Shown piece by piece: positions 60,198-64,000 of a stretch of 64,000 nucleotides of DNA. Position 1 is the first letter of the stretch. Every line of letters starts with the position of its first letter. A program made the position numbers and the translations under genes. The notes below the pieces were generated by a model. That model was not told the origin of the DNA and did not search any database. It worked only from the letters and a program-made list of their open reading frames with translations. Source of the DNA: Roseibacillus sp. (GTDB lineage: Bacteria; Verrucomicrobiota; Verrucomicrobiia; Verrucomicrobiales; Akkermansiaceae); contig CBDEUM010000039.1 of NCBI GenBank assembly GCA_965242925.1, positions 130,714-194,713 of the forward strand. Reading direction: 5' to 3'.

Positions 60198-60935
60198 GTG
60201 CGAGCACGTCTCCTCTCCCTCCTTCCCGTTCTCTCCTCTCTCTTCCTCGTGAGCTGCATCGAGGGCGAGGAGGAGATCTGGCTTGAGCCCGACGGCTCGG
60301 GCCGTATCGAAGCCACCTACAAGATGCCCACCGCGGTAGCCCGGAAGATTGGCAACCCGGATGAACTGGTGGAGAAACTCAGGGAGGCCGCCGCCCGTGA
60401 CCCGCACATCCAGCTCACCAGTGTCAGTCACGAGGCCATACGGGGCGGTATCACCCTCAAGTTCTCGGGAACCTTCGACGATCTCCGCAAGCTCGCCACC
60501 TTCCCCCAGCGTCAGCTGCGCGATCCCGCCAGGCCGGACAAACGCGTCAAGGCCGAGGTCCTCTTCGGAGAAACCCACCTGGATATCTCCTGGCGCGGAA
60601 TCTCCTACGACCGGCAGGTCGACATCAGCTGGCTCCTCAAATCAAGCCCGGCCGCCAAGGCCATTGTAAGGGTACCCGCTCTCCTGGGAGATTCCTCCTT
60701 CCACTACACCCTCAACCTGCCCGCCCCAGCCCGGGAATCCAATGCCACCGCCCGGTCGCAGGATGGACACAAACTGGAGTGGCACTTCCTTCTCAAGGAC
60801 CACGCTAAGGAACCCATGCACCTTACCGCCGAGGGTGATCTCCCCCTCCCTGGCACCCTCTGGCTTCTCCCCCTCGCAGTTCTCCTTCTCCTCTTCCTCA
60901 TCCAGAACAGGCGAGCGAGGAAGCGGGCCCAGTGA
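60198..60935 (+). CDS. Hypothetical lipoprotein with C-terminal transmembrane anchor
   Basis: Lipobox LVSC; EEIWLEPDGSG; C-terminal LPLPGTLWLLPLAVLLLLFLIQNRRARKR. Confidence 0.75.
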   Translation: MRARLLSLLPVLSSLFLVSCIEGEEEIWLEPDGSGRIEATYKMPTAVARKIGNPDELVEKLREAAARDPHIQLTSVSHEAIRGGITLKFSGTFDDLRKLATFPQRQLRDPARPDKRVKAEVLFGETHLDISWRGISYDRQVDISWLLKSSPAAKAIVRVPALLGDSSFHYTLNLPAPARESNATARSQDGHKLEWHFLLKDHAKEPMHLTAEGDLPLPGTLWLLPLAVLLLLFLIQNRRARKRAQ

Positions 60936-60977
60936 GCCATCTGCTCCCGTAAAACAGATCGAACAACAGGGCAATCC

Positions 60978-62633
60978 CTAGCGATTATTGAGGAGACTCC
61001 TTGCCATCGATCTCGCTTCCTCACTCTGTCCGCCCAGCATGCGCATCAGTTCTTCCACGCGTGCCTCACCTGCCACTTCCTGCAGCGAGGAAACCGTCCG
61101 TCCCCCTGACACTTTCTTCTCTACCAGAAAATGCCGGGAAGCGAGGGCCGCCACCTGCGGAAAGTGGGTGATCGCCACCACCTGGTGAGCACCTCCCAGA
61201 GCCGCCATCTTTTCCCCCACCGCCCCTGCAATCTCGCCTCCGACGTTGGCATCGATCTCGTCAAAAACCATAAGCGGCGTGCTGTCCTGCCTCGCAAGTG
61301 CGCTCTTGACTGAAAGCATCACGCGGGAAATCTCGCCACTGGAGGCAATCTGCCGCAGCGGCTTGAGAGGTTCCCCCGGATTGGGTCCGAAACCGAAATC
61401 GACACTCTCCAACCCGGTCGCGGACGGTTCCACCTGCGGTTCCAGGTTCACTTCAAAGGCGGCCTGCCTGAACCCCAGCTCCGCAAGGTGCATGCGAATC
61501 TCCTTGGCAAGCCGCGGAGCCGCCTTGCGCCGCACCCCGGTCAGCACCTCCCCGGCTTCCTGAACCGCCTGCCGCGCCGACTTCGCCGCTGCCTCCAGTT
61601 CCTCCAGCAGGTCCCCCCGGTTCTCCACCGCCCCCAGTCGCTCAGCAGCCCGGGCCCCACTCTCCACCACATCCCCGAGAGTGGGTCCGTACTTTCTCTT
61701 CAGGCCCTCCAGCAGATCAACCCGCTCCTCCAGAGCAGACGCCTGTTCGGGATCAAGATCAATCTCCGCCAGATAGCGTTCCAGTTCCCGCGAGAGATCC
61801 TCCAGCTCTACCACCGCAGTTTCCAGGCCAGCGGTCCACCCGCGGGCACCAGGGTCATTCCTGTCGATCTCCCCCACCAGTCGCTGCAATTCACGCACCC
61901 GGTCCATCACCCCGGTGCCTTCGCCCGTCACAAGGGCCAGGGCCTGCCCGGTCACTTCCACAAGCTTGGCACTGTTGGCGGCCCTCTGGTAACGCTCCTG
62001 CAATTCCCCTTCCCCCTCCGGATCGATTTCGGCTGCTTCAATTTCCTGTAGCTGGTGCCTCAGCAACTCAAGCTCCTGCTCGCCAGCCTCCTCTGCATCA
62101 CGCAGTTCCCGCCAGCGCGCCTCGGCCTCCCTCCAGGCTGACCAGTTCCTGCGATAAGTCGTCCCTGCCTTCTCAGCCCCTCCGTAGGCATCCAGCATCA
62201 CGAGCTGGCGCTCTGCCGACAGCAGCGACTGGTGATCATGCGGCCCGTGCAGATCCACCAGATTTCGACCAAGGGACTTCAGCACATTCAGGGTTGCCGG
62301 TGAATTGTTTACGAATTGCCGGTTCGATGAGGCACCCACCACCCGCTTGATGAGAAGCTGGCCCTCCTCGCAGCGTTCCAATCCCATTTCCTCCAGCATC
62401 CGGTCCACCCCCTCGGGATCGTGTAATTCAAACACTGCTTCCACCTCGCACACTTCCTCCCCCGTCCGGATCAAGCCCTTGTCAGCCCGCTCCCCCAGCA
62501 CGAGCTTGAGGGCGCCCACGATCACAGACTTACCCGCCCCCGTTTCCCCGGTTACGCCCACCAACCCGCCGCCAAGCTCCCAGTCAAGCCGCTCTACAAG
62601 GGCCAGGTTCCGGATTTTAAGGAGACTCAGCAT
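60978..62633 (-). CDS. recN: DNA repair protein RecN
   Basis: TGETGAGKS, DLHGPHDHQ, coiled coil, ASSGEISR, FDEIDAN, ITHFPQVA. Confidence 0.97.
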   Translation of the reverse strand: MLSLLKIRNLALVERLDWELGGGLVGVTGETGAGKSVIVGALKLVLGERADKGLIRTGEEVCEVEAVFELHDPEGVDRMLEEMGLERCEEGQLLIKRVVGASSNRQFVNNSPATLNVLKSLGRNLVDLHGPHDHQSLLSAERQLVMLDAYGGAEKAGTTYRRNWSAWREAEARWRELRDAEEAGEQELELLRHQLQEIEAAEIDPEGEGELQERYQRAANSAKLVEVTGQALALVTGEGTGVMDRVRELQRLVGEIDRNDPGARGWTAGLETAVVELEDLSRELERYLAEIDLDPEQASALEERVDLLEGLKRKYGPTLGDVVESGARAAERLGAVENRGDLLEELEAAAKSARQAVQEAGEVLTGVRRKAAPRLAKEIRMHLAELGFRQAAFEVNLEPQVEPSATGLESVDFGFGPNPGEPLKPLRQIASSGEISRVMLSVKSALARQDSTPLMVFDEIDANVGGEIAGAVGEKMAALGGAHQVVAITHFPQVAALASRHFLVEKKVSGGRTVSSLQEVAGEARVEELMRMLGGQSEEARSMARSLLNNR

Positions 62634-62700
62634 CCGCTCTTTTTCGTGGCACCAATTATGCAATCATCGTCACGCGATTCAATCGCTGCTGTCAACCAGC

Positions 62701-63189
62701 ATGAAAATTCCCCACCAAGATACTCTCAAACGCTGGCTTCAGGCCCAGGATACTCCTGTTTTCGTGCAGTTCGTGAAGTATGGCCTCTGCGGGATCGCCA
62801 GCACCATCATCCTCCTGGCCATCGCCATGACCCTCTCCAACACGACGATCCCGGCCATGGACTGGTCGACCATCGAGGGCCAACCCATCACCGACGCACA
62901 ACGGCAGCGAAATCTCATCATCAACAACCTGATCGCCTTTCCCTTCTCCAACCAGGTCTCCTACCTCCTCAACTCCCGTCTCGTCTTCGTCCCCGGACGC
63001 CACTCCCGACTCGCCGAGTTCACCCTCTTCACTTCCATCGCCGGGTTCAGCTTCCTGGTCGGCCTGCTGGGAGGGCCGTTCCTCATCCGGTGGTTCGGAC
63101 TTCCAAGTATCCTCGCCCAGTTCATGCTGATAGGCACCTCCACCCTCGTGAATTTTCTCTGTCGCAAGTTTCTCGTCTTCGCCCGATAG
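62701..63189 (+). CDS. GtrA family membrane protein
   Basis: QFVKYGLCG..SYLLNSRLVF..VNFLCRKFLVF. Confidence 0.8.
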   Translation: MKIPHQDTLKRWLQAQDTPVFVQFVKYGLCGIASTIILLAIAMTLSNTTIPAMDWSTIEGQPITDAQRQRNLIINNLIAFPFSNQVSYLLNSRLVFVPGRHSRLAEFTLFTSIAGFSFLVGLLGGPFLIRWFGLPSILAQFMLIGTSTLVNFLCRKFLVFAR

Positions 63190-63229
63190 TTGTCCTTTAA
63201 CCCGCATTCGCGCGGCTGCTTTCCCCTTC

Positions 63230-64000
63230 GTGAGCACTAAGTCCATCACCGCCACCCTGCTTGGAACCGGCACATCGGTGGGCGTCCCCGTTATTGGCTG
63301 CCACTGCCCGGTATGTAGCTCCACGCATCCGGGCAACCAGCGCACCCGGTCTTCCCCTGCACCTGCAATTGCCCGGGCTCTCCGTCCTCGTCGACAGCGG
63401 TCCCGACCTCCGCCAGCAGGCCCTGCGGGAGAACCTGCACACCATCGATGCGGTCCTCTACACCCATTCCCACCTCGACCATCTGGCAGGCTTCGACGAA
63501 CTGAGGGCCTTCTGCTGGCACCGCGAGAGTCCCCTTCCTCTCCATGCCGGTCCGGAGACCCTGGAAGTTCTCGCCCGGATGTATCCCTGGGCGATGTCAA
63601 ACACCTCCCGCAGTTATGTCAGACCTGCTCTCCGTCTCATCGAGGCTCCGTTCAAATTGGGAGACCTTGCGATCACTCCGATCCCGGTAGTGCATCCTTC
63701 GGTAGAAACTTTTGGTTTCCGCTTCGACCTTCCCACCGGCCACTCCCTCGCCTACCTCAGTGACGTAAAGGAAATCCCTCCGTCAAGCCTCTCTCTTCTT
63801 GATGGTCTCGAGGTCCTCATCATTGATGCTCTTCGTCCCAAACCGCACCCCACCCACATGAACGTCGAAGAATCCCTCGCTGCTATCGCACGAATTCAAC
63901 CCGCCCGAGCCCTTCTCACTCATCTCGCCCACGAGATCGATTACCGCAGTGCCCCCCGCGATCTGAACCTCCCGGAATCAGTCACCTTCGCCTGTGATGG
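63230..64000 (+). CDS. MBL-fold hydrolase, PhnP-like (runs off the window edge); +1 frameshift in CCCC 63354-63357
   Basis: LGTGTSVGVPVIGCHCPVC; after removing one C: LVDSGPDLRQQAL, THSHLDH, AYLSD, HPTH, LTHLAH. Confidence 0.9.

Noticed and set aside
62634..62700. SOS box upstream of recN
   Set aside because: Neither TGTTC-N4-GAACA nor CTGT-N8-ACAG is present.
3180..63360. Programmed frameshifting or phase variation at the broken genes
   Set aside because: No slippery heptamers or long homopolymers (runs of only 2-5 nt, some sites not in runs); housekeeping genes are affected and the sites cluster.
63230..64000. PhnP-like gene as part of a C-P lyase pathway linked to the DUF5690 pair
   Set aside because: Stand-alone members of this MBL family are widespread, no phnG-M genes are present, and it lies ~38 kb away in a core context.
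1..64000. CRISPR arrays, rRNA, IS elements, prophage, defence systems
   Set aside because: No regularly spaced repeats, rRNA signatures, transposases, phage genes or nuclease/ATPase defence motifs recognised.

Overview
GC-rich chromosomal window from a PVC-superphylum bacterium. The gene families (DUF1549/DUF1553-DUF1501 pairs, PVC-type heme CxxCH protein, lamin-tail/CotH proteins, rpoZ-smpB pair) suggest a Verrucomicrobiales member; this is inference. The left ~40.7 kb is accessory and dominated by exported proteins: two DUF1553-DUF1501 pairs, two giant LTD/CotH proteins, two Tat-exported Gfo/Idh/MocA oxidoreductases, ribokinase, SGNH/SASA esterases, a sulfatase, CBM9-like and LamG proteins sharing a C-terminal module, and a DUF5690 transporter with a Zn-dehydrogenase. 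It ends at the 3' end of tRNA-Leu(CAG). The right part is mostly core: M16 protease, ilvD, serA, smpB, rpoZ, ndk, an FAD oxidase plus MnmM-like methyltransferase, an SLC13 permease, a partial ebo cluster (eboB/eboE/eboC) followed by an MMPL exporter, recN, a GtrA protein and a PhnP-like hydrolase. Eight single-base frameshifts in five otherwise intact genes (including ilvD) look like long-read consensus errors. No CRISPR array, rRNA, integrase or IS was seen. Best leads: a candidate C-terminal sorting module on four secreted proteins, a split MnmC-equivalent pair, the ebo-MMPL linkage, a cryptic lysozyme-like lipoprotein, and recurrent leaderless promoter architecture. All family calls come from motif recognition, not database searches.
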